Of a stretch of 64,000 nt of DNA, positions 1-11,806 are shown piece by piece (position 1 is the first letter of the stretch; every line of letters starts with the position of its first letter). Made by a program: the position numbers and the translations under genes. Source of the DNA: Podarcis pityusensis (Eukaryota). The notes beneath the pieces were generated by a model that saw only the letters and a list, made by a program, of their open reading frames with translations, did no database searches and was not told where the DNA came from. Location of the stretch: the NCBI GenBank assembly GCA_964106645.2, contig OZ067040.1; one strand, written 5' to 3'.

Positions 1-1328
1 AAAATGTGGGGGGGGTGGGGAACCAAACCAAAACCCAAACAATTGCAAAAGTTATTTCCTTATGATGGTGAATTGGATCAGTTCCTACAACTTTTTGTCT
101 GAGACCCAAGGACAGTTGTGGCTGCTTTGTGATAAGAAAGAATTATTCATGTATTCTGACTGGCAGGCGGATTGCATCCTTTTTATGTAAAACTGCTGAA
201 AAAGATAAAAAGCAAGCAATGCAAATGTTTTAGGAGCTTTGAAGCAAACAATTGATGTTGGACCAACTGTTTTCCCGCTGTAGGGCAGCCTTGTTTGTTT
301 ATTAAACTGTGTCTTCAGCAACAAGTGCTCCAAGGATGGGTTACAATTAAAAAACCCCACACCAAAACAATAAAAGAGGAGCAGTCAACTGTTTTCAGGT
401 GGAGGGCTGTATTTAGGGTGAAGTCTGCATGCTGGTGGAAGTGGGGCAGCGCTTGGTAGATTTTGGTAACATGGAAGTCATTTGGTGATAACATTCAGTG
501 ATGATGGGAAATATTCAGCATCAGTGGCAAGGCAACTTGGGAGAAGAGGAGCTAAAGAGAAGACTCCAGTGGGTTACTTGTAGCCCATAGACCATGTGGG
601 GTGGGGAAATCCCATGAATAATATAATGCAATACTGAAGTAGTAAATATCTTAAGTTTTATCTGCTGTTTTTAGTGCACTGCAATCCTAGACACGCTTGC
701 CTGGCAGCAAGTCCACCAAGAAGACATGTATAGGACTGCACTGTCAGTCATATTAGGAGCATTAAGTATAATTTCAAAAGAAATTATGTCCTAACATGTT
801 ATGAAGAGATGATTAAGAAGTCCTAGTCAGAGTGTTGATGGTTTGGGATCAGAAAATATTGAGAGAATTTGTACTGGATCTGAATTCTTTTCCCTTGTTT
901 TATTCATAGTTGAACCCTGTTAGTTGTCTCTTCATTACCATGCCCATAACATCTTGATTCTGATTAGATTTAATTTTCACCTTACATCAGAGTTCTTAGA
1001 CTACTGTGTAGCCTGGGAAAACAAGGAGACCTCATTGGAAACTGACTGCTGTACAAAATACGAGTTGCTGAAGATATCACATATGACCAATAACTGAAAG
1101 TGGATTTTTCTGGGTGCATGAAGAAATCATTAGATGAGCCTACAGCTGTGGTTAATGTACTATAGCCAAAACCAGTTTGCTGCCCACAATTCTCGTGAAA
1201 ATTCTTCTTAATTTTCTTCTCCTTCTCCAAATGTTCAAATATTGTCCAGATACTGATACGTGACAGTTGGTATTTTCACTATATTTGATCAATGACTTCC
1301 AGTGGTATTTAATATTTAGTATCAGCAC

Positions 1329-1677
1329 GGGTTGTGCTGTGGGTTAAACCACAGAGCCTAGGACTTGCCGATCAGAAGGTCGGCGGTTCGAATCCCCGCG
1401 ACGGGGTGAGCTCCCGTTGCTTGGTCCCTGCTCCTGCCAACCTAGCAGTTCGAAAGCACGTCAAAGTGCAAGTAGATAAATAGGTACCGCTCCGGCAGGA
1501 AGGTAAACGGCGTTTCTGTGCGCTGCTCTGGTTCGCCAGAAATGGCTTAGTCATGCTGGCCACATGACCCGGAAGCTGTACGCCGGCTCCCTCGGCCAAT
1601 AAAGCGAGATGAGCGCCACAACCCCAGAGTCGGTCACGACTGTACCTAATGGTCAGGGGTCCCTTTACCTTTACCTT
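1329..1677 (+). mobile_element. Sauria SINE (Squam1), nearly full length
   Basis: tRNA-type head with B-box GGTTCGAATCC, conserved core, (ACCTTT)n tail. 9-bp TSD TATCAGCAC at 1320-1328 and 1678-1686. Closely similar to the copies at 20240, 44703 and 45777. Confidence 0.95.
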
Positions 1678-4078
1678 TATCAGCACAGATAGTGTATTAA
1701 ATCACAGTGGCTTTTAAATTTTCTGCCTACATCAGCTCATGCCAATGAAACACTGTGTGTCTGCCAGGTTACATTGAAGTGGATCCTGGGCATGTCCTAG
1801 GCTGCACATTGTTTTCAGATGAATTAACTGTGTGTTTCCTGACTCAGTATTCACTTTGGGCTGTACATCAGATATCCATGATGGTGGACAAGCTATTTCA
1901 TGCACCAATAGGCCTCTAAAGAAACCAGGATTTTCCACAAAATAGTTTGAATGCCACTGTTACATTTATGGGAGAATGCCATCAAACATAACTATGTACA
2001 ACTGCTAGTTAGTGAATTAAGGAGTTAAGGACCATAGAGTTGAATTTCAAGATAGACTCAGTTATGTCACACACCCCTCTCCTCTGGAGAAAAAGTGAAA
2101 CTTATTTCCTCTTCTTCTCTCTCTCTGCACCATGTAACCAACGAAGTAAGCTTGCCCCTGAACTTACAGCATGTGTTTAGAAGGATATTCTGTATTTTCT
2201 ACCCAAGAGTATTTTGCCTATATTATACTTGCTGCTACATGGTAGATTGCATGATTGAGACACTGGATTTGTAAGTAAAATGTTTTAAACTTACTTAACA
2301 GTGTGTGGTCTGCTCATTGCAAAAGGGTAGCTCTGTGCTAGCCCTGTGTTTTGAATCCAGACACCAGCCAATTCTTTTGTTGTTCACCCACACATATGGG
2401 TCCACGGGGATTCATATATTTAAATTCCCAACAACAATATATTTGATGGTTGACAGTGTTGAATAGTTGACATTCAAAGTATTTGGTAGTTGACATGCAG
2501 TAGTATTAGGATTTAATAGCATTTGATTAATAAAATACAGTAATTTAACAGTTGACAACCTATGAGATTTCTTATCTGAAGCTTGCCAAAACCAAAATAA
2601 TCAACAGAAGTCAACAAGTCTACAGCATTTACATTTTGAAACATTAACTGGTGAATTTACTTCATATAAATACAATAATCAGCTGGAGAAACTGAAAGCT
2701 TTGCAGAATTTAAAAGATTCGTGGATATTTGACTCAGTTCTTATTCTTAGGTGATGTGACTGGTATAAGTGTGGGGAAGATGGATGTGCACTAATGAGTG
2801 GGCATGAGACGACTGGGAGAATATCATTGAAAGAGAAGCTTACAAGATGAAGAATAATTATCACAGCCGATTTAAGGCAGCCAGATTTCTCTGCACACCC
2901 CAAAATGGAAGATAGTCCCCCGGCAAAAAAAATAGGTTAATCAATTTTATATTTCAAAATAATGAAAAGGAGATCCAACATTACGTATTTGGTCGTTGTT
3001 TTGTGTTGCATTGAGATGTGCTGGTAGTGTAACCGCCCCACCTTAAGTTCTTTTCCTTTCTCTCCTAGCTGACTGTCTATGTCAGGGGAAGCAGAAGGCT
3101 GTGCTTGAGTTCAGTGAGCTGGAACAGCATATTGATACACAGAGCAGGAATCTGCTCAAAGAGTGATGCACTTGGCAATAAGCAGCACCTTGAGTTCAGA
3201 CAGAATGCACATCTGTGCCTCGTTGATAATGTAATAACCTTCATTACATCTTTGGCTGAGAGCACCTGTGCATACCCCTAAGAAGTCAGCCCAGGGCAGC
3301 CATTTTGATTGAGGTGATATTAACGGATCTCATTAAAACTGATGGCTATAGTGGTGCCCAGCAGCCCTGCTGCAGAAGGCATCTGCTGACATTTCTGTTA
3401 TCGGCCTCAGTTTCCAGGACTTCATCACTCAGCAATAAAAAGTTTGCTCAATTTTGAAGTAGAGCTGCGATACACTTAAAAAGAAAGAAAGAAACTAAGA
3501 TTATTTGAAATGAATTACTTACTCATCCTCAGCTTTCATTCTGATTCTGTCATAAACTCACAACATCATAGGCTTTAGTTATGCAAAACTATGTGATATG
3601 TTATAACACACTTAATTTTCAGATGGTGTAAGAGAATGCAATCAGGCTTTCTCTCAGACTACAATCTGAGGCTGATAACTGGCATTTATCCTTCATCACT
3701 TGTAGAGGTGAGATGATTGCTCAGTTCTCTGCTACAAAAACTAGGGATATATGTTCAGTATTCAAATACATGGGTTGGATAGAGGGGATTGATAAATATC
3801 AGCAGAGAAGGTAAGGTCATGTAAATCTAGACAAAAGAGATCAGTAATTTGCTGAAAGCTGGACTGAGGCAGATCTGACCTAGGTGAACTGCTCAAGGCT
3901 CTCAGCCAATTAGATGTCTGAGGATCAGAAAGATGTTGCAGTGGGGCTCTGGGGAACCCTGAAATCTAGGGGAATACTCTTCCAAACTTCATCAGTAAAG
4001 GAACTATAAATTATCAAGATTCATTATTCAAATTTATTAGTCATTTCCATAAACATAAATGTGAAAATGAAATGTAGG

Positions 4079-4753
4079 CACAGGTCAAATCTGTGTCCAG
4101 GGCAGCTGTTTACCAGCTCCATCTGGTACGTAGGCTGAGACCCTATCTGCCTGCAGACTGTCTCACCAGAGTGGTGCATGCTCAGGTTATCTCCCGCTTG
4201 GACTACTGCAATGCGCTCTACGTGGGGCTACCTTTGAAGGTGACTCGGAAACTACAACTAATCCAGAATGCGGCAGCTAGACTGGTGACTGGGAGCAGCC
4301 GCCGAGACCATATAACACCGGTCTTGAAAGACCTACATTGGCTCCCAGTACGTTTCCGAGCACAATTCAAAGTGTTGGTGCTGACCTTTAAAGCCCTAAA
4401 CGGCCTTGGTCCAGTATACCTGAAGGAGCGTCTCCACCCCCATCGTTCTGCCCGGACGCTGAGGTCCAGCGCAGAGGGCCTTCTGGCGGTTCCCTCATTG
4501 AGAGAAGCAAAGCTACAGGGAACCAGGCAGAGGGCCTTCTCGGTAGTGGCGCCCACCCTGTGGAATGCCCTTCCAGCAGATGTCAAAGCGATAAACTGAC
4601 ATTCAGAAGACATCTTAAGGCAGCCCTGTTCAGGGAAGTTTTTAACGTGTGATAGTGTATTTTTGGTTTCTATGGAAGCCGCCCAGAGTGGCTGGGGAGG
4701 CCCAGCCAGATGGGGGGGTATAAATAAATTATTATTATTATTATTATTATTAT
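4079..4753 (+). mobile_element. 5'-truncated L2-clade LINE (ORF2 C-terminus, 3'UTR, (TTA)n tail)
   Basis: ORF 4093-4599 has L2 motifs SRLDYCNALYVGLP, LQLIQNAAARLV and HITPVLKDLHWLPV. (TTA)n tail at ~4729-4753. Flanking direct repeat AAATGTAGG at 4070-4078 and 4754-4762. Confidence 0.92.
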
Positions 4754-4906
4754 AAATGTAGGTCTTCCTAGAACTCAAAATAATGTATTAACCAATGTGA
4801 GTGTGTGCGTGTGCACGCACCCCCCCCCTTTAGAAGAGATTCTTTCTATGTTGTCTTAGAAATATACAGTATTCAGAACATCTTTTTATGTTTGTAGAAG
4901 TCATTA

Positions 4907-5131
4907 CAGTAGTACCCCGGGTTAAGTACTTAATTCGTTCTGGAGGTCCGTTCTTAACCTGAAGCACCACTTTAGCTAATGGGGCCTCCTGCTGCTGCCG
5001 TGCCGCTGGAGCACGATTTCTGTTCTCATCCTGAAGCAAAGTTCTTAACCCGAGGTACTATTTCTGGGTTAGCAGAGTCTGTAACCTGAAGCGTATGTAA
5101 CCTGAAGCGTATGTAACCCGAGGTACCACTG
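4907..5131. mobile_element. Tigger-like (Tc1/mariner-pogo) MITE, family T1
   Basis: TIRs CAGTAGTACCCCGGGTTA / TAACCCGAGGTACCACTG with TA on both sides. Several copies in the window. Confidence 0.9.
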
Positions 5132-5967
5132 TATTCCAATTCTTGGACATCATAAGATCTGTTGGAAGTTGGAGGAGAATAATAGCTGGGAACACAGTTG
5201 TCCACCTACTTAGCCCAGAAATTTTGTTCTTTTATAGTTTAATATATAGTTGAACTATATATATTTCCCTCCCTGTATGTACTTTCCTTCACTGCTTTTA
5301 AACACCTAAAAAAAAAAAATCACAAGGAAAGCTGCATCATGACTAGCTGCCCTCTAGGAGGCAGTATTAATCCTGGATTTCCTGAGTGGTGATGCATTGC
5401 TAATGTCCAGAAAAACAGGCCAATACACATGCTTTAAAACTTTTATTTGCATGCATGTTGTCTGGGCCTAAAGAGAACAAATTAAGACAAAAAGGTGAAG
5501 CATCAGGCCAATAATAAAAAGCGTGCAATTATTTCAGATTTATATACCTATTGACAATATGAAAATATATGCAGTGTCTGTTTTGTAAACAATGGTTTTG
5601 GAGTTCCGACATTACAGTTTTTGAGAAAAAACTAGGCTCTCTTGTGTTACTTATTATATTATTATCTAAGTGATGTATCTGGGGAGAAAGGAAAAGCTGA
5701 GATGTGAAATATTAAAGGTGACTAGATTCGTGATCTGAAAAATACTGTGTTCGATGGACTTTGATGTTTTCACGTAAGCATGCTTTAAAAATACAATCTT
5801 ACTGTTCTTGGGCTGTGGCTGGCAGCCTAGAAAACAAGAGATGCCAAAACTGATTTCTGTCCTTGGTCTGAAATATAGTGTAGGAGACAGAAACTGCTTC
5901 TAATAAACAATTCTGCATAAACATTGCCAATGGAGTCACCTCATTGGATAAGGCCTTTGTGTATTGT

Positions 5968-5996
5968 GGTTGGTTGGTTGGTTGGTTGGTTGGTTG
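5968..5996. repeat. (GGTT)n microsatellite
   Basis: Direct tandem repeat. Confidence 0.9.
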
Positions 5997-7136
5997 ATTG
6001 ATTAATATGGACTCTGTGGGATCAGAATCTAGAAGGTCTTGGGGTGATATTTTGTGTGTCCAATGAGCTCAATAGGAGTCATGTAAGAATGTCACCTTTC
6101 AGAAGTATTCACGAGGAAGTCAATGGGATTATTTGCCTGGTTATTCACAGCCTTATATTTGTGAATGGCTGACTCCTTATTGTGCCTTATCCTTTGCTTT
6201 TAAATTGTGCATTATTGTACTCACAAACAGTGATTGATTTATGCTAATAACATTAAAAAGCAGGAATTTTTTTTAAGTGTACATTCCTATAGGAGTGTCT
6301 TTAGATTTTTAACTTTGAATCACCGCCTTCTTTTGTGCATAACTATTTGCAGCATGTTTTTGTTTCTATTGATCTTATTGTATGGTCTGGCATTTATCCT
6401 CTATATACTTAGAGCAACAGAAACAAGATCTCAGTTTCAAAGCTATCCAAGAAAATGGAGAGCTGAGAAAATGGAAATAACTAATAGATTTTTCACTTTG
6501 TTGAAAACCATCATGTTTCACAGATATGAACCACATGCAATACCTTATTTCTTTTACTCATTAGAGCATCCACTGCCCTGTACTGATATTTATTAATTTA
6601 AACTTTGTAGACAGTCCACTGCATCCTTCTTTACTTTGATAGAAGCAGAAACTAAAGAGTGAAGGGCATCCTCCAGAGGCACTTAAATCGTAAAGAGAAA
6701 GAGGAGCATTCTTGCTCATGTTTTACATTTATGCTTTAAGTTTGGTGGTGCGCTGTGTGAATACTTTAGATATACTCACAAATCCTGTACCATTAAACCT
6801 ACATTTCACTCGGGTTTGAAGAACAAAGCTCCCAACATATCTTAGTAGCTTTGGATTGCACATGGCCATTTCACTTCCACGGATGTGTGTACTGCAGAGG
6901 CACAGTGAGTTCGCTCTGATGTAAATACATAGGGATCCTATGATTGACAGTTGTGAGGATACTCGCTTTATGTGGGTTGTGCTTAAGTGAATCAGATGAG
7001 ACTGAAGGGGCCTCTGGGTAGGTAGGAGAAGGCAATAGAGAAGCAATGACTTACCTTAACATAGACTCTTCTTTTTGTAAATCGTTAATATAGTTTAGAT
7101 TATGTTTATGGACATCCTGGATTCTGCAAGTTATTA

Positions 7137-7518
7137 CCATATTTTTCGCCCTATAGGACGCACCGGCCCATAGTACGCACCTAATTTTTTGGGGGGGAAA
7201 TAAAGGGGGGACACCCGAGCTTCCCCCGACCCCAGCCCCCAGAACAGGCAGCTCTCCGCAAGCCGTGGGAGCCCGGCGCCGGGTCCCACGGCTTGCGGAG
7301 AGCTGCACGAAGCTAAGCCTGGGCGCGCTGCGTCTCCCCGCTGTCCCCCAGCTTGTGGGGCTGGCAGCAGGGAGAAGCGGGCTTCTCCCCGCCGCCAGCC
7401 TCCAAACCAGGTCGGGGGATAGCGGGAAGGCGCGCTGCATTCGCCCCATAGGACGCACACACATTTCCCCTTCATTTTTGGAGGGGAAAAAGTGCGTCCT
7501 ATAGGGCGAAAAATACGG
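7137..7518. mobile_element. Tc2/pogo-type MITE, family P, copy A (complete)
   Basis: TIR CC(A/G)TATTTTTCGCCCTATAGGACGCAC / GTGCGTCCTATAGGGCGAAAAATACGG, TA TSD, repeated subterminal TAGGACGCAC motif, palindromic GC-rich interior. Confidence 0.9.
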
Positions 7519-7600
7519 TAATCTAAGAAAAATGCACCATTTAAGTTGGCTCTATCCTGCTGATATGCAGCTATGTATCAGGTAAGCCATTTTTAAATTG

Positions 7601-7736
7601 AGACCCTCCAAAGGTCCATATTTTCCAGGAACAGTTGTAGATTTACAGAAGCCATCCTGGTTTCTGATTTGATGCCAGAATGTCCTGCTTTTCCTTAGGA
7701 CGTCCTATTTTCATTGGAGAAATGTTGGGGGGCATG
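7601..7736. mobile_element. Short non-autonomous DNA transposon (probably hAT)
   Basis: Imperfect TIR AGACCCTCCAA / TTGGGGGGCATG. Direct repeat TAAATTG at 7594-7600 and 7737-7743. Confidence 0.6.
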
Positions 7737-8437
7737 TAAATTGGCTGTATTTTCTAACCACAGCCAATGTAGACTTGAGACACTCACATCCCAATACAAA
7801 AATGCCCGCAGTTAACACTTTAAAAAACAGGGATTTTGATTGGTTGCCTTGACAATGCTTTGATTTCTCTCTCCTTTTTTAATAAAATAGCTCAGCAGCA
7901 AACCTTTGAGGGAGAGCAAAGGATAACCATAGGAAACTAGCATAACTCTTCATTTCCCTATGGAGTCTAGTCATAAAATTGTCTGAAAAGGGAAGAACAG
8001 TGAAAACAAATGTGGATTAATAGTTTTCTGTATGCAAGATTTTATGAGCGCTCCATTTGCCAGGGCTCCCCAGCTCAGCTGTGCTGTGCATACTGGGAGA
8101 GGAGTAAGCAGACCAGCTTGCTTCATGCTCTGTTGATGAATACCAATGAGGCTGCTCATGACAGAAACAGGCATTGCAATCTGTGTTTGTATTATGACAA
8201 AGTTAGTTTGTGATTTTTTTGTGTGCATCTACATATTCAAAACCAGTTCAAATTCAGTGCTGTTGGACAATCATTTCTGAAAAATAGGGACCGAGCAATT
8301 GCAAACAACTTTGTTTAGTAATAATAATAATGTTTTTTCATGTTGGACAGAAGCAACAGAAAATATAAATAACCGAAATAACAACAGAAACAATAATAAA
8401 TAAAATGTTGTTTATAACTGAGATAACTATGATGCAA

Positions 8438-8620
8438 GGCTGTAGCTCCATAGTAGAGCAACTGCTTTGTGTGCAGAAACTCCCAGGTTCAATAGGCAGC
8501 ATCTCCAGGTGGTGTTTGGGAATCTGAAACCCTGGACAACTGCTGCCAGTTAGTGTAGACAATACTGAGCTAGATAGACCAAGGGTCTGACTTGGTATAA
8601 GGCTGCTTTCTATGTTCCTA
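8438..8620 (+). mobile_element. tRNA-derived SINE with CR1-type tail (Squam2-like)
   Basis: Head GGCTGTAGCTCCATAGTAGAGCA...CCAGGTTCAA (tRNA-Ala-like A/B boxes). 3' end GGTATAAGGCTGCTTTCTATGTTCCTA. Confidence 0.75.
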
Positions 8621-8706
8621 ATGGAAAGTTACGCTGGAACTTTCAAAGCTGTCTTATTCTGATTCAAACTATTGAGCTTTCAATCCCAGTATTATCTACT
8701 ATGACC

Positions 8707-8864
8707 AGTGGTGGACCTTGGGGGCTCAAATTTTGGCGGTGCCCTGTGCAATGCCAAAAATTGCCCTCGTCTCTTGCCTTCCATTCTGCATCATAGTTGT
8801 GGCACTCCTGAGGCTCCACTCCCAGTGTGGCCACACTACTCATGCTCCCCTAAATTTGCCTCTA
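8707..8864. mobile_element. Old short DNA-transposon-like repeat (second copy at ~39400-39555)
   Basis: Shares blocks GGTGC-CTGTGCAA-GC-AAAATT and CCCAGTG-G-CCACACT...CATGCT with 39400-39555. Degenerate CAGTGG / GCCTCT ends. Confidence 0.5.
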
Positions 8865-10802
8865 CAAAGACTGACAGTGGATTTCCAAGCAGTCAGATCC
8901 CTACTACCACATTTGTCAAGCAAAGAAGCTGAGACCTACCTCGTGAGTTGTGGTTCCTCCTCACTGCAGTGGGAAACAAACTTTAATTAACACTGCTACT
9001 ATAAAAACATCCTACAAGAGCATGCCTCAGAATGGTCCTAATCTGTTCAGGGGTTTCTCCCAAGCCTCTGGAGCAGATCTGGAGGGGGCAGGGGACATGC
9101 AGGGAGAGAAGAGGGAGAGGGCACCTGTTGCACAGGTTGAAACCAACATCATCACCCTGTCTCTTTCTCTTCATGTGGATCATGCCCTCCACCAAGCACG
9201 CACTTTCACCCCAATCATTACCAAAATCCACATGAAGCTACTCTGACAGTTGGAATAAAACAGCAACAAAGGTTGGAAGCCCTCTGATCAATATACAGTA
9301 TATTTTAAAATAACCATTTTTTATTGTTTATATACTCTCAGCTCCCCGTCTTGTCCTGAACTCCCATCTCAGGCCTTCAAAACCTGCCAAGAACTTAAAG
9401 TGAAACAAAAAATAATTTACTTCTGGAAAATTAATCCACTCTTGAATTGAGTGCAGTGCAAGCAGCTAAAAAAGAAAAAGAAAAAACACCCTAGTATTCA
9501 AAAACCCTGCATGTATAGAACAAGTAACACCCTACTGTTCCCTAATGCAGATGACTCCCCATGAAGCAGAAAAAAAGGTCCAGGATTGCGAAGTGACCAG
9601 AATACTCTGTTCTGTCAATGGTCTTTTCATAGAATTCAGCTGCACCCTTATACCCACTTACTTAAGAGAAAGTCCCATTCAACACAATTGGCTTCACACA
9701 GAAATAAAAAACAGCAGCATATCTCCAAGGACTTCTGCAATTGGAGAAGGGAAACAGTGTCATTTCTGTTCCTCCTCCATGGCTGCCCTCCTGTTCCCAA
9801 CAGCAGCAGTCTGAAAGATGCTGTTGGCTGCATTTCTGAGCGCCTTGAGGATGGGGCTTAGGGGTCTCATTGCAATGATGACACTGTGATTGACGGCCTG
9901 GTGCCCACATAGCTCTCCAGAACTAGCAGCCAACAGCCTCACCCAGACGAAGTTACTGGATAGGTGGCAAGCTTCCTGTTGGAACCTGGTATTCTCTTAT
10001 GTACTAGGAAAAAGCCTCTAAATGCCCCAGTGTAGTTATGAGGCTGGTCTGAGATTACCATACTTGCAGTGGATCAAGGCATGGATCTTTGCCCTGCAGC
10101 TGGAACACAACATGCCCATACTGAAGCATGATGCTGCAATCCAGCTAAGGAAATCACCCATGTAGCACTTGTTTGCACATGCTGTTTCAAATTCATCAGA
10201 TATACTGGCCTGAGCTTTGTACCCCTTCCCAAAAAACATATTGGGCTGTGTGAGAGAGAAAGGAATGGTGTTAAGTTTTTGTCACATAAGAAGCAAGTGG
10301 TACAATGGGCTCAAGCCATGTGCTCTTTTATGTGTCACAAATGTTATAGGCTGGCTCTAATGGTGTGACAAATACTTTGCAAAAAGAGCTGAAATCTAAC
10401 TAGTTCATACCTCCTATGGCAGCTTCCAAATATGTCACCTGATTATGTGCTTAAAATTAAATTGGTATTTTCCCCATATAAGCATAAAATATTCTTTTCT
10501 GAACGAAAATCTTAAAAGGAAGTTTTGAATGTATATTCAGCTTACTTGGCCCAAGATACAGTGAGCCACTGAGAAGTAGTGTTTACCACTGTGTACCCTG
10601 GCATCAGTCTTCTTCCTTTGCAGCTGCTATTTACCAGACAGTATTTGTACTGAATGTTGCTGGCAGGAAACGTGGTCTGCTAATACTGAGAAGGACTGAG
10701 AAATTTTCACACTGAGTGCTGCTGCTGACTGCTTAGAAGTATTCAGATCAGGGATAGTTCTACAATAGCATTGTACTACAGCAGGTTCAGAAGAAGGGAA
10801 TA

Positions 10803-11043
10803 CAGTGGTACCTCGGGTTAAGAACTTAATTCGTTCTGGAGGTCCGTTCTTAACCTGAAACTGTTCTTAACCTGAAGCACCACTTTAGCTAATGAGGCCT
10901 CCAGCTGCCACTGCGCCACCGCCGCACGATTTCTGTTCTCTTCCTGAAGCAAAGTTCTTAACCCGAGGTACTATTTCTGGGTTAGCGGAGTCTGTAACCT
11001 GAAGCGTCTGTAACCTGAAGTGTCTGTAACCGAGGTACCACTG
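10803..11043. mobile_element. Tigger-like MITE, family T1
   Basis: TA-CAGTGGTACCTCGGGTTA ... TAACCGAGGTACCACTG-TA. Confidence 0.92.
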
Positions 11044-11352
11044 TATACTCAGTGGCCTTTATTGCACTCATCCTTTAAGTGGGGTGGGTAGGACTTGTCC
11101 CTTCTGAATACATTTTTGGATGACTATTTTAGATTTTCTGTATTGCTGATTTTATATCTCATTTTACTTTTTTGTTATTTCTACTTGCTAGTCGCTTTGG
11201 GAACCTGAGTGCAAAACTGTGAATAATAATAACAACAACAACAATCATTTTTACTGTAAGATAAAAAATACACAAGGTTATATATTTTACTGGGTCACGT
11301 TCTTCTAGTGTAAAAATACAGTATGTGTGTTTCCAAATTATATGGAATATTT

Positions 11353-11806
11353 CTTCAGGACTGCAGCCTGGGCTCTCACTCCCAATTCAGACACAGAGGG
11401 TCTGAGCAGATCCATCAGACCAGTGGCACTGGAGGGAATGGTGCTGGAAACTGATGCAGGGCCCCCTGCATTATGACTCATCACTGGACCCCAGAATCAG
11501 GGACCTCTGAATCAAGACCTCTTGAGCTCCACCATACCTTTAGAGTCTGCATCCTCTGAGGAACTGGTCCCTCCATGCCAGGGACCTACATACCCCATGT
11601 CAGCCTGTCAGTGCAGGCAACGAGCCCAGAGAGAATACTCAGAGAGGAGGAGGCCTGTCCCTTTAAGGAGGGCTGTTCTGGACATAAAAGGCTTCAGTTA
11701 AATCACTGACAGAGGAATTTAAAGCTTTTCTTGGTTCTGTAACCGCTATCCTACTTTGCTGTCTTGTCCTATGATGTGGAATAGGCTTCTAGTCAAGCGT
11801 AGGACA
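11353..11806 (+). mobile_element. Possible degraded solo LTR
   Basis: GC-richer ~450-bp block beginning (C)TTCAGGAC and ending AGGACA, flanked by ATTT on both sides. Internal CATAAAAG TATA-like motif. Confidence 0.4.

Noticed and set aside
1372-1686. Similar ~100-aa ORFs at 1372, 44725 and 45852
   Set aside because: These are antisense readings of Sauria SINE copies, not a gene family.
3069-3260. Strong polypyrimidine tract plus AG at ~3048-3068 suggesting an exon
   Set aside because: All frames stop within ~65 codons, with no recognisable homology and no convincing donor.
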